Position numbers and translations under genes: made by a program
Shown here: piece after piece, positions 26,363 through 39,624 of the stretch
Layout: each line of letters opens with the position of its first letter
Position numbering within the stretch: the stretch's first letter is position 1
Source of the DNA: Vermamoeba vermiformis
Taxonomy: Eukaryota
Direction of reading: 5' to 3'
DNA length: 64,000 nucleotides
Assembly: GCA_045837725.1 (NCBI GenBank)
Contig: JBEWZL010000044.1
Coordinates: 310,001 to 374,000 of the forward strand
Notes under the pieces: model-generated
Database searches by the model: none
Seen by the model: the letters and a program-made list of their open reading frames with translations, nothing else
Told to the model about the DNA's origin: nothing

Positions 26363-29005
26363 CTATTTGAGATTCATTATCAATGCTCGCACGAATATCT
26401 GCTCGTATTTGGTGGACTCGAAGATGACACCCGGATTGTCGGATGGACAGCGCAAGAAATTGGGCGCGAAGACCATGGCCAAGTTGTTGACGGTCATCTT
26501 CGTCTTGTCTTGATTTTCAGGTGCTGCAACGAGCTGCAAGTACTTCACCATGTAGTGCACCACACGTTGATGCAGCTCTGGCAGTTGTGCGATCAGATCG
26601 AGCATGGCTGGCACATCTTCGCGCTTAGCAGCCTCAATGCAAGGGTCATATAGATGCTCTGGTATAATAGGTTCGTCGAGTTCGCGCAGCCAGAGCTTGA
26701 GCAGACCTGCAGGCACGTGTGGGTCTCTTGTGCGCACCGTGTAGTCCCCGGACTCAATCTGCAAGCGGAGATTTGTGATGGCATCGCCGTCACCTGGCAC
26801 GCGGAATATACCTTCAGTCACGTGACCGTTGCATGCAGCAACAGCATCTGAGAGCACTGTGAGCACATAGGGCAGTGGTGAGGCAGGTGCTTGGTGATAG
26901 ATCTGCGAGTACAACACAGGCGCGGGGGGCTGGCCTTGCAACTTCTTGTTTTGGCTCTCCACGATCTCTTCTAGGCGACTTCCAAATATGGAAATTTCGA
27001 ATGGTGCAATCTGTTGAGTATTATTAGCAAGGCCACAACAAATCAAAAGACAGTGCGTACTTTGGTCCGTTCAATTTCTTTCACAGTCGGCACACGACCA
27101 CGAGCCCCGAGCGAACAGACTTTGGGCAAGCGGCGCAGACAATAAGCAGCATAGGCGCGCAGTTTGAGGTCTTCGAGCTTGAGCTGCTCTTTGATGTAGC
27201 TCAACAGCCACTGCTCCAAGTCTTTGGTGGGCGGGAAGTACGAGCAGGCAATGCACATCAAGTCCCAGCCCTTGTACGTGCCCTCACTAGCAAAGAGATC
27301 AATATTCGCGTCAGTGCGTTTGACACGTGTCACTTACAGATCCGGATTAAGCGTCGTTTGTTTGCAGAGTTGACAGTAGAGTTCATCGCGCAGTTCGGGC
27401 ACATTGATCGCTTTTTCCACAATTTGTTGCGCTACTTGATTGATGTCGCGCTTGCTCGGCTTTTCACCCATGTATGTTTGCACCACTGACAGCGGTCAAT
27501 ATTAACAACGACGTCTAATGACTGTTGCACTTACTCTTAAACAGATTGACGGCCTCTTTGGTAATACTCGCTTTGTTCATTTTGAGCAGCGAGGTCTTCA
27601 GCGCCTCTTTGGACCACTTGAGCAGTTCTTGCAGCGGAATGGCTCGTCGAAACACTCCTTTTTTGGCAGTTTGGAAGTATTTTTTCGCGTAACCTTCGAG
27701 CTGAAACAAATTGATATCTCGCCTCAGATCATTGGTCAAATTTGTGCTCGGCTGCAGCTAAAGTTAGCAACACGTGTCAACATGTCAATTAAATTTTAAA
27801 GTCTATCTCACCGGTGCTCCGCGTGCTGTTGTTTCTAAATGAGAATTAGATTAGCGCTGTGGTATACAACTTAATTGCAGTGAGTATACTTACTGTCGCC
27901 AGCGGCATCTGTGTTGGAGCGAGGTTTGAGATCAAGCTGTCACGTGTTAGATAGACAGACACTGCGCAACATGTAACTTACATTGGACGGTGAGCTCGGG
28001 GGCACATAAGTACTCGAGGGCGGTGTGTTGCCGTTGTACAAACTGTTTGGCTGGCTGTAATTGGTGCCACTGCTGCCGTCGCTGATTTGACGCTGCACAG
28101 CAGTGCGTTTGGGCGGCAAGGGCGGTGTTGAGACTGGAGAGAAGTTGGGACTGCCCGTGCGTGCTGAGAGTGGGGGCGGGAAATTGTTCGGGATGTCAAT
28201 GTTGCTCGAATAGTCGCGCTGAAGTTGCGGCGAGGCAGGCAAATACCCTGAGGTGATGGAGCGTGTCAAACCGCCTGACTTGGCGAGCGGTGAGCTCGGG
28301 TAGGGTTTGTTGCGCGCTGGTGGAGTGGGAGGTGGGGAGGGCAAGGGCGGCAGATGGGAGGGCACTGAGGGCAGATTGGGTGGGGGAAGGGGCAGATCTG
28401 GCAGCACTGAGGGTGGCGGTGGCGGTAGATTAGACAGTTGAGGTGGCGGTGGTAGTGTGGCGAGGGGTGGGGGCAGTGGTGCTAGTTCGGATTCGGGCTC
28501 TGAATATTCGGGGTCTGACTCGTGGTTGGGGTCAGATGCAGCCTCTGCGCTGTCACCTTGATCAATACTGCCACGAACAGCATTTGGTGGTGGAGGTCCA
28601 AGTATATTGCGTAATTGCTTATCGTCAGCAGAGCTTAGCGGGATTGGATGCACACGTAACCCTGTTGGCAGCTCCCAATATGTTTCTTGCTCTGTGTTAT
28701 TGTAATAATATGCTGCATTTGTATTTTCATCATATAATTCCCACCACTCTGGTAAAGCGTTTTGTCTATTGAAATTAAATTATTCAATTATTTTTTTTTT
28801 GGATCATTAAATTTCGACCTACAAGATATTATTGCTGTTTGGTTTTGTCCACCTGCATTCTCCAGTGTTTGCGTTGGCATAAAATAAATAATTCGTGGTC
28901 GGATCTGTCAGCTCGTACCATCGGTCGTTAGAATTAGATCTGTTTGGAAAATTAGCTTTGGTGTTCCGTAGCATTTATGATTATATACCGTCCAAACCGA
29001 CTCAT
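26363..29005 (-). CDS. WW + proline-rich + MyTH4 + RhoGAP protein (ARHGAP39/Vilse-like)
   Basis: WW: RWYELTDPTTNYLFYANANTGECRWTKP. MyTH4: ELRDELYCQLCKQTT...GWDLMCIACSYFPP. RhoGAP: EGIFRVPG, LLKLWLRELDEPIIP and KMTVNNLAMVFAPN. Confidence 0.9.
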
Positions 29006-29393
29006 GGCAATTCGATGAGCATTGGTTCTATATTTACAAATTGCTTGTGTAAATGAATAATGATTTTGTTGGGAGAGGTGATTCGGCGAGATTTTTTGTT
29101 AAATTGATTCAACGTCTGTGATCGAGTACATCACATAATACGACTCATTTGTTGATGGAGTCCGCTGAATAATGAGAACGAGTATCGTCTGGGTAACACA
29201 ACGGAATTGCAACATCGCTGGAATAAACTAAGGATCGCCTCCTTGTGCTCCTTAAACTGCACAACTGACTCTTTATATAATACAATTGAGTATTCGTTTA
29301 CCTTTTGTTGGTTTACTTCACTGTCTTGCCACCCATTTTCGTTGTTGGTAGATCCCGCCTTATTTGAATAACACAACACCTCAATGAGCTGAC

Positions 29394-32300
29394 ATGACAA
29401 GCCACACGTATAATATTCGTGGCGTTGAGGTCAAATTTCCTTATGCTGCCTATCAATGTCAGCTGATTTACATGGAGAAAGTGATCGAATGCTTGCAAGA
29501 GGTAAGATCTGCACTGCAAAATCACGTAATAGCCTCGCCAATAATTTTAAAATATTTTTTAACACCTTAACGACCATTCTGATTTCTTTCTGGCGATGGC
29601 AAGCAGTTATCAATACCAAGAAAAATTCAAATAAACAGCTTGAAATAGCGTTCCGACCCCACTCTTAATTACAAAATTATCATCAATGTATTTAATATTC
29701 ACACTAGTCTCATTTAACGGCCGTTACTGACCAGTACACATCCAGGGCAAGAACGCGCTGCTCGAGAGTCCTACAGGCACAGGTAAGACACTCTGCCTCT
29801 TGTGCGCTTGTCTCGCTTGGCGCGAACACATGGCGCAACAGTTGCGCGGCAGTCAGGGGTCGTTGGGCTCGGATCAGGCCTCGCTTGAAGCGGAACAACT
29901 GCTGAGTGCGGCGACTGACCCGCGCAACAAACTGCCGCTGGTGATTTATGCCTCGCGCACGCACTCGCAGCTGTCACAAGTCATTCGCGAACTCAAAAAC
30001 ACGGCTTATCGGTGCGTATTTGACACAGGTCGGTGATTGACACGTGTCACTGATGATCTTTGCAGACCTCGCACGAGCATACTTGGATCACGTGCGCAAA
30101 TGTGTGTGCATCCCACGGTGTCAAGTGTCAAAGGCAATGCGCAGAATGTCATGTGTCGCCAACACGTCGCGTCACACAAGTGCTCGTACCACGACACGGT
30201 GCAAGGTGAGTGCGGTGTGTGTGTTCAGTGAAAATTAACGCGCGCAACAGAAATGAAGAAAAAAGACGAGCTGATCAATCAAATCTCCGACATTGAGGAC
30301 TTGGTCACGCTGGGCCGCGAACAGACCACGTGTCCGTTTTATTTGACGCGCGAACTGCAACACAAAGCTGACATGCTGTTCATGCCGTACAACTACCTCG
30401 TGGACTCGATGATCCGTCAGACTCTAAAAATAGATCTCAGCAATGCGATTCTCATCTTCGACGAGGCTCATAACTTGGTGAGTGCTGTGCAGTGCGTACT
30501 GACATCTGCTGACACGTGTCAAACAGGAGTCTGTGTGCACCGAAGCAGCCTCGTGTGACATCACCACCGATGATCTGCGCGGCTGTTTGAAAGAGATCGA
30601 GCGCGCAGTGAAGATTGTGTCGTCCACTGGCCACGACTATGCCGCGCAAGTGGTGCCTGACACCGACGACATTGACGACTCGATGCCTGGCACGAGCGGC
30701 ACTGATCACGTGGATGCGAGTGAATTCATCAAGCTGAAAGGTAGTGTTATATAAATAAGGATGTATTGTTAGGAAGTACTGACTGGTGGCAGTGGTGATT
30801 GAAAAGCTGAAAGACATGATCGAGAGCATGACACTGCCGCGCGACGGACTGACCGAGAACGGTGCAGCCATCTATCAACTGCTCGAGAAAGTGAAGATCA
30901 CTGCCGAGACGAAGAGCACTGTGCTCGACACCATCAACACGGTCACGAGTGTGTTGACCAGCAGCGAGGGCACGCGATACAGCAATCTGCACACGTTCAG
31001 TGAAATACTGCGCAAGTTGTTCATGGAGGGCTTTGACGTGACGCAGACCTCGCAGTACTTCAAGCTGCACGTGCAGGTGTTGAACAACAACAACAAGGGC
31101 TTCAAGAAAGCTACGATCATGAATTTCCAAGAGACGCGCAAACTCAGCTTGTGGTGCGTGAAACAATCGAGCAGTGACACGTGTCAAATACTGACCTGCA
31201 TTGTGACCCTCAGGTGCTTCAGTCCAGCAGTGGCCATGAATGACTTGCGCCACTTGGGCATTCGCAACATCATTCTCACTTCAGGCACGCTCTCGCCACT
31301 CGATGCATTTGCTTATGAAATGCAAACGTACGTCATGCGAGGCACTTCTTCTGTTGTAACACTTTCCAAATTAGGGAATTCCCAATCCGACTCGAAAATC
31401 CGCACGTGATTCACCGCGGCCAAGTGTGGGTCGGAGTGGTGCCCGAAGGACCCTCGGGCATTGCACTCAACTCCAAATTTGACAACCGCAACTCCGTCGA
31501 GTACCGCCAATCACTCGGCCACTCGCTGGGTAAGTCATATAGAAAGGCTATTAATAGCACTCGTCTGACAGCCTGTCGTCAGTGAACTTGGCGCGTATCG
31601 TGCAGAAAGGCGGGCTGTTAGTGTTCTTCCCCTCATACGACGCACTGTCCTCGGCCGTGGAGTACTGGAAGACACCGGTACGTGTGCCCTCCATGGCATT
31701 AATGCGACTCTGATGCATGACCACCAATATGATTGACTAACACCGCGCTAGATTGGAGACAATGCCGAGACAATATGGGACCGCATCTGCAAGTCCAAAC
31801 AGATCATCATTGAGCCGCGCGAGTCCATGAACTTGACTGACGCCATGAACGACTTTTACGAGAAAATTCGAGACCCGGACTTGAAAGGCGCGGCATTCTT
31901 TGCGGTGTGTCGCGGCAAGGTGAGTGAAGGCTTGGACTTTATGGACGACAATGGCCGCGCGGTGGTGATCACTGGCCTGCCCTATCCGAATCAATTCGAC
32001 GCCAAAGTGCGACTCAAAAAACAGTTCTTGAATGAGATGCAGCACAACCCCCACGCACTCAGCCTCGGTGTCAAGGTACGTGTCACATGTCAACCGGTCA
32101 CCTCGCTAATGACACCTGTCAACAGCCCTTGTCCGGGGATGATTGGTACAAACAAAGTGCCTTCCGAGCTGTCAATCAGGTAAGTACAACACAAGTCTCC
32201 ATTTGACACCTGTCATAACGCGTGTCATTCACAGGCCGTGGGACGAGTCATTCGCCACAGTCGCGACTATGGTGGCATTATATTGTGCGATGAAAGGTTC

Positions 32301-33884
32301 AAAGGCGCGTCAAAGTACTTGTCCTCGTGGCTGCGGCCGTACTTCCAAGTGTTTGACAAATTTGGCGAGGCACTCAAGTCACTGAGCGGCTTCTACAAAG
32401 AGGTCGATGCCAACATTGTGTCCAATCACAGCAAGTCGACCAATCAGCTCGCACTCGGCAAACAAGCGCACAGCAGTGAGTCCCTGGCAGTTCAATGTAT
32501 CGCACGTGACTTACCATATTTAGGCATCAACATACACGACAGCATTAAAGAGATCAATCAGTCGCGCGGCAATGTATTCACGCGCTTGAAAGAACAGAAG
32601 GTGCGTTCTATAAATAGCTTTGTGCACGAACTGACCAATCAGCAGCAAGAGAAAGAAGACAAGACCCGCACGAGCAGTGACAATGCCCCCAGCACTAAAC
32701 AGCTGACCATTCACACCAAAAAACAACAAAGTTCGCTCGAGTTCTTAGCACTCGTTAAAGAGCTCTTGGACCGTGCCAAATACAAGTTGTTCACCGTGGT
32801 CATGAAGAAATATCGCGCCAAGACCGTGGACAATCACGCCATGTGCCACGAAGTGCTCGAGATATTTGCAGATCAGCCGGTGCTGCTCGATGGATTTGAA
32901 AAGTTTTTACCTGAAAAACAGCGCGATTATTGGCGCAATTTGGTGACTGCAAAGATCAAAAGCGAGACAGCGAGTGCCGACAAAGAGGTGACAGCATTGA
33001 CGGCGAGTGGCACGACGAATAATACGACCGATGTGAATACGAACACTACTAAGACCACTGCGAACACGACCACAACAGGCGTGCAAGACACTGATGCAGT
33101 GTTCTTGAAGCCAGTGCCTGTCGAGAATGATCGCAAAGAATTGATCTCAACACGCGAGATTAAACCACGTGCCAGCGACATGACCTCATCGAACAGTGCA
33201 ATCTCGCCGCCAGATCGTGGTATCAAGCGCAAATTCAACGAACTGCTGACAAGTGACGACGAGCTGCAGTCCTCGCCGAGCACACGCGACTATCCGCACA
33301 AGAAGTCGAAGCTGAGCGAGGAGAACAAGATCATTCAGATCACTGACACCAGCAGTCTGGAGCACGAGACCACTGACACTGCGCTGCAAACACGACCCAA
33401 ACCCGCCCTGGTCGATGTGCTGCAAATATCCGATGAACTCAAGCCTGCAAAGACGCCTGAAAAGCGTGAGATGATGTCGCCGAAGAGCCGTGTGATCTAC
33501 GACCTCGTGACTGGACTGCCCACCAAATCCGCTAAGAAGCCCAAGCTGCACAAGAGCGGACCAATGAGTGACAACACGAACAACGAGTCGCAGCACGGCG
33601 AAGTGATCTCGCTCGAGGACAGCGAGGGCCAGACTCGTCCCAGCATGAGCAAGAGCGCGAGTGACATCAGCTCGGTGCGCAACAGCAAAGAAGAGCCCGC
33701 GGAGCAGAGTCCGCAGTGTCCGATCTGTCTGAGCAAGCTGAAAGAGCCCTTTATCTCGGTGAAGTGCGGACACATGTGCTGTTATCTCTGTTGGCTGCAG
33801 TGGTTCAAGACCAAGCTCGAGTGTCCGGTCTGTCGGGAACGCACGCGCGAGAAAAACTTGAAAAAAGTGTTCTTTTACATGTAA
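29394..33884 (+). CDS. RTEL1: RTEL1-like Fe-S DEAH helicase with harmonin/PAH-like domain and C-terminal RING finger
   Basis: IRGVEVKFPYAAYQCQLIYMEKV, LLESPTGTGKTLCLLC, YASRTHSQLSQV, FDEAHN, ILTSGTLSPL, AVCRGKVSEGLDF, GRVIRHSRDYG, and a C3HC4 RING CPIC...CGHMCCYLC...CPVC. Confidence 0.9.
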
Positions 33885-33966
33885 ATACGCGAGGACTGTT
33901 CATACAAAGCCCAGTCGTGTATTATTTGATCTGTATATTATTATTTGATTTATATTATTACAACTG

Positions 33967-34763
33967 TTACTCGCGGTGTTGGGCTCGGTACAGTGCATGA
34001 ACGGCATCAAATTTCTGTTGCAGCTCTGGATACTCGCGCAGTTGATCACGTGCCAGCTGCCAATCAAAGCGCGAATTCTTTTCGTCACGTGCCTCACCAT
34101 GCAGTGCAGTCATGATGCAGCGCTCGAAGCCCAGCAGTGTCAACAGCGCCGAGAGCAGTGTCGCGTCAGTCACGTGCATCGTGTCAGTCACGTGCTTGTA
34201 ACGGCGTGTCAACCAGGGCCAATTCCCGTCACGTGGCCACGTGCCAGAGTACGACGTGGCCGCAGCGAACCAATCAGCAACGAGTTCTATCAGCGCCTCG
34301 TCTGTGACACGTGTCAGTCAATCTCCCACATATCTCCGCTGTCACTGTACCTGTCATTCGCGCACCCTTGTAGTACTCGTGGTGGTGGTCGTTGTGCTCG
34401 TAGTGATGACGCCACGCGGCTGCGTACTCAGTGGATGTACCTCCTGAACTGTGGTAGTGGCGTGCATAGGGCCAGAACTCGGCCGCTTAGATAACAAACT
34501 GAATTAAGTATAGTGCCATATCTCTATCATAGTTATTGGGGCATTACGCGAGAACTTGCTCAGATCGTGCAACAAGAGTCTGCGCCACGTGACGCGCAGT
34601 CCAGTGCCCGCTAAGATCTTGTTGAGCCATACACTAATTATATTTAATACATAGCGTAGTATCGCAGCTAAGCATACCCCGCGAGGATGATCTGCCACTT
34701 GTGATGCAGCACGGTGAGTATCAACGAGAGCGCTGCTTTTAACGAGGAGAATAAGGACCACAT
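33967..34763 (-). CDS. DUF5662-like (HD-type, His-rich) protein, 4 exons
   Basis: Reconstructed MWSLFSSLKAALSLILTVLHHKWQIILAGVWLNKILAGTGLRVTWRRLLLHDLSKFSPAEFWPYARHY...AAAWRHHYEHNDHHHEYYKGARMTDEALIELVADWFAAATSY. The HK, HDxSKFS and WxHHxxxNxHH motifs and ExxxDW are characteristic of DUF5662. Confidence 0.75.
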
Positions 34764-35212
34764 GAATACTATACTATCCGCGCTACTGCTGTATTCAATC
34801 AATACACAGTGTTTGGTCCTGTGGTGTTCGCTGTGAAGTCAAGTTCGAAATGTAGTGAATTCAGGAACGATAAATTAATAGTTAGGAACATGACACGTGT
34901 CAAAAGGAGCTGGCAGGTGCACCTTGCTGGCAATATTACACGAAGATAATAGATGCTACAAGTGACTTGTGAATCTGAGTAGTAAACAGTTCAAATGCGC
35001 CAATCAGTATCCAGGAGTGAATCAAGTACTATTCAATTGGTCACTTTCTAAAGACACTGACGGTGTTCAGTAGTGGACTACTCGAGGGGACATTTGTTTT
35101 ATTTTATTGCTGATCTACAGCACAACGACAGCACAGTACTCGATTGAATAATTACAAGGGCATTAGTTTTAGTATATATACTGTATAATATCAACTCGAC
35201 TATCAGAACACG

Positions 35213-35963
35213 ATGAGTACTGCTAAGTATCCCATGTCCAGAAAGTAAGTCAAGCAGGCCAATAATTTTCCTATTATTTTTACCGCCATAAATATTATGA
35301 ATACAATGCCCACAGCAGTATAATACTGGTGATTTATTTATTTTAATATTTTGGTAATTATTCTCGATCTGAACGTGCTGCTAGGGACACGAGTCAAGCC
35401 AAGTGTCAGAAGTGCTTGCAAACAGGGCACTATATTTATCAGTGCAAGAACGAAGCGGTGTACAAATCCAGACCGAGTCGCTCCACCTGGCTCAGAAAAC
35501 CCAGCACCAGACCTGCCTTTCAAACTGACGACAAGCCTCCCGACACCAACTCTATGTAAGTAATAGCATTGTAGTCGCACATCACTGTAAAGGCGGTCAA
35601 ATTAATGCAGCCACATCCAGGTACAAACAGATGAAAAAAGAAATGAAAAAGCTCAAGCGAAAGCAAAAGAAGAAGAAGAGACACTCGAGATCATCCTCAT
35701 CAAGTAGCAGCAGTAGTTCTAGCAGCTCTAGCAGTTCTAGCAGTGACAGTGACAGCGAATCCAGCAGCGGATCAGATTCAGAGAGTGATTCTGAGTCTTC
35801 AAGCAGCTCTTCGTCTTCGTCTTCATCACGTAGTCAATCATCATCATCATCATCATCATCATCGAGTAGTGATAGCGATGATGCAAACAAAAAGAAACGT
35901 AAACGATCTGGATCTGAATCTGACTCCGAAAAGGAACGCAAAAAAGCAAAGCGGGAAGATTAA
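35213..35963 (+). CDS. ZCCHC10: Zinc-knuckle protein with Ser-rich tail (ZCCHC10-like)
   Basis: Spliced KCQKCLQTGHYIYQCKNEAVYKSRPSRS (CX2CX4HX4C plus RPSR), followed by a Lys-rich and poly-Ser low-complexity tail. Confidence 0.8.
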
Positions 35964-36127
35964 TAGTACCAATTATGTAATATACGAGTAAATTTCATTG
36001 CCTCCATTAACTACTAGATTGAAATTCTGTTAAATTAGCCGAAATTCACGAGAGTTGACTCGCGGAGGAATTATTACTCATGTTTTAAACCCCAATCAAA
36101 TTTAAATAACAATAACAATAATATAAC

Positions 36128-37990
36128 ATGGCTGAAGATAATGACCTCGCGCGCAGTGATATTCTCGATGCAGACAATTATGAAGAGCTGATCGACGATG
36201 ATGACGATTACATGGACGAAGATGATGACGACGACATGTATTTCGATGATGTTGTCGAGACTAAGCCCACCACTATGCGCAAGAACAGCACTCTAGCACC
36301 GCCCTCCAGTTCTGGCAATAATCCTAACAAATCCAAAGACTGTTATGAATTTCAGGTGAATAACGCTCGTTAATTTTTTAAATATTTTATACATATGTGA
36401 ATTGAATTATTATAATATAATTTCCAAAAATCTTAAAACTCTCAGCTTCGTTGGCAAAAAAATTTTCGTTTTGGGATTTGGGTTCGAGTCTTATTTTATT
36501 CAACCAACGACTAATTATCCTTAGGTTACATTTGAAAATGATATATATGGCGTGGAAGTGGCCAAAGAAGGCAATGTGTATGATCTGAAGAAAGCCATCT
36601 CAGAACGTACTGGCGTCGCACCAGCCAATCAGCAGCTCGATGGCTTTGCAATGCCCGCGCACGAACTCACTGACGACTTGCCACTGCTCGCACTCGATGT
36701 CATGCCCATGCACCCCTTGCTGCTGCGCCAGTTCAAGCCTGTCATTGTAAGCTTTGCGATAATTATTTGAATCACGTGATCACTTTAACTGACCAATCAC
36801 GTGCTAGAAAAATGTGACAGCCAATCTGCAAACAGCCAAGACACACGACTTGACACTCGAAGACTTCACCGCGCTGTGGGACACTGCGACCGTTGACGGC
36901 GATGCATTCACCGCACAGTTCGAGGTTTGACACTTTGACACGCGATATTTGCAGCTATCACTCACAGCACTTATTTGCAGGAATTGTACGGACCAGTGCA
37001 CCCGACATTCAGAGGAGCGCCGTACAATGAATTGACCAAATTTCTCCGCACGCGTCACCAGCTGTGCGTGGTGCTGTTGGATGCGGATCTGAAACTGCAC
37101 TCAGAACTGCTCGAATTCTATTCGCAGACCATCACCTCCGAGTCACTCGCACAACTGCTCGACACCAATTTTGTCACGTGGGTCGGTCAAGTGGACCTCG
37201 AAAAAGAGCTCGAATTCCAGCAATTATTCGGCGAACCCATCAAATTTCCTTTTTTGGCAGTGATCGGTTACATCGACAACAATCTCACGCTGCTGACCAC
37301 GCACCAGGGCCAGCAGATTGGTCCCGATGAATTGATGGGCAAACTGATTGAACTGCTCGACACGTACGGTCCTAATTTGGAAAAAGCCAAAGAGCGCAAG
37401 TGAGTATTCTCTGAACCAGCGTGTGATTCACTTCCTTATTGACACGTGTCATTTGCAGTGCGGAGGCGGACAGGAAGCGCATGGAAATTGAAGAGCAGAA
37501 CCGTGCCTTCGAAGAGAGTCTGCTCGCTGACCGGCGCAAAGAAGAAGAGCGCCTTGCTGAAGAGAAGAAACAACAGGCGCAGTACACTTCGGGATTGACA
37601 CGTGTCAAACAGGCGCGTGAACAAGCACTCGCCAAGTTGCAAACATTGCCCGCAGAACCAGCGCCAGGTGTCAAAGCCGCGACCATTCAGATTCGACTGC
37701 CCGATGGCACCAAGTTACAACGGAAATTTCCGGCTGATGCACTGCTGCAAGTGGTGCTCGACTTCACAGAAGGCTCCGTGGCACAGCTGTTGCAAGACAC
37801 GACCTTCTTGGACGACAGCACGCCTGATCTGCACGCGCCTGACGTGCGACCGTGGAGCATCACCAACTACGAGTTCGTGAACAACTTTCCCAAGAAACGC
37901 TTTGACGACACAGCGCTCACTCAGTCACTGGCGGCACTGGGCCTCGCACCACAGGGCATGTTGTTTTTGCAAGAGAAGAACAAACAATAG
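36128..37990 (+). CDS. FAF1-like UBX protein (ubiquitin-like + UAS thioredoxin-like + coiled coil + UBX)
   Basis: VYDLKKAISERTGVAPANQQL (UBL), ELYGPVHPTF...FPFLAVI (UAS), EEQNRAFEESLLADRRK, and IQIRLPDGTKLQRKF...NFPKK...LGLAP (UBX). Confidence 0.88.
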
Positions 37991-38111
37991 CCTTATTTGG
38001 TCATCAAAACAAATACATCTGTAATTAACTGCTGTAATTAAACACAACTTCGCTAACAAAAGGTTTTTATACAAAACAAGATTTACAATACCAGCACTAT
38101 TTATATATCGC

Positions 38112-39412
38112 TTATTCATCGCCGCCTTCGTTGTTGCCAGCATCGCCGTCAGTGATGCCGTTGGTGCTGATGGCAAAAGTAGCTTCAGCTTCAGGCAGAC
38201 ACGGCGAGTCGTACACCTTGCACACACGCAGATCACCACGGCCCTTGCGCAGTGAGAGACGAGTGGTCGAGGCGTGGGCCATAATATTGCCTCCAATAGG
38301 CTTCTTGGGGTCTGGCGTGAACATGGAGCCACCGTCGACTTGTGCCACGACTTGATTGGTGATCACAACGGCCACTCCGAACTCATCGGCGATACGCATC
38401 AATGTGCGCAAAAATCTGCAAATACGTGTTAATGTGAGGTCTGCAGTGATGCCCAAATATAGTAACGTACTTGGCGAGGTGCATTTGACGCGCACTCAAT
38501 TCACCACGGCCACTGTAGTCAGTGCGGTAGAGGGCGGTGGCTGAGTCGACGACAACGAGTGCAAAGCGCGACTCGCTCATCATTTCACAGGCCTTTTTGA
38601 GCAGCGACATCTGATGGTCGCTGTTGTAGGCCTTGGCGTGCGCAATGTTCTCGAGCACATCGTCACCCGACAGACCATAGCGCTCAGCAATAGCGAGAAT
38701 ACGCGAGGGTCTGAAGGTGTTTTCAGTGTCGATGTAGAGTGCTTTGCCTTCAGCACCACCTTGATCCACGGGCAGTTGACAAGTGACGCACAGTTGATGG
38801 CAGATCTGGGTCTTGCCTGTTCTGAATTCTCCAAAAATTTCGGTAATTGATCCAGTCTCAATACCACCTGTTATAGCGCACGATCAGATGATGCAATGAA
38901 TTTTAATTATTTTTTCCACGTATTGTAATTTAGTGGAATTTTTTTCAACTCACCATCCAGCAGCTTGTCCAGTGCTTGCGATCCTGTAGAAATTTGAACA
39001 ATATCTTCACGTGCAATATGATATTCACGAGCAGTGGTAAAGCCCATGGGCACCAGTTTAGCAGCTGAAAAATTAAATAATTAATTTTTAATTTGCAACT
39101 AACGCCATAATAAATAATTATTACCTTCAGCAAGAAATTTATCTGCTTTGGCCTCGCTAATACCCTTCAACGCAACTAACGCCTTTTTAGGAGCAAAAGC
39201 TACAGATTCAACCGTGTAAAATCCGTGCTCAGCTAACTTTTTGCAATCACCCTCAGTAATACCACCAATACCCTACAATATTATTTTAGTATGTGCTACC
39301 GCTTTTTGCAAATCCGATTATTTACGGCTAATTTGGAGATCGGAAGAGGACCACCGATCTCTTCTTCTTCCGCGGCTTGTTGTTGTTGTTCCTTGGCCTT
39401 GGCTTTAGACAT
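38112..39412 (-). CDS. RAD51: DNA recombinase RAD51
   Basis: [55 protein letters not shown] and [16 protein letters not shown]. Confidence 0.97.
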
Positions 39413-39624
39413 GGTTGTTATTGTCGTTGTATTGTGGAAACACTGAGTTTTGGATAAATCAAAAAATAAAAAGGCGGTTCAAAATTCTTGGAAAGAAATG
39501 TCGGGTTTTACTTCGGGAACCCGAACGACCGGTAATTCACGGATCAACTCAGATCACGATTATTTTTACCCATTGTGTAGAACATTCAATAAAGGTGCGG
39601 ATCCTCGTGGTATCAGAAGCAAAC

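Noticed and set aside
35690-35880. TCA/AGC/TCT microsatellite-like run
   Set aside because: It is the poly-Ser coding tail expected for ZCCHC10-like proteins.
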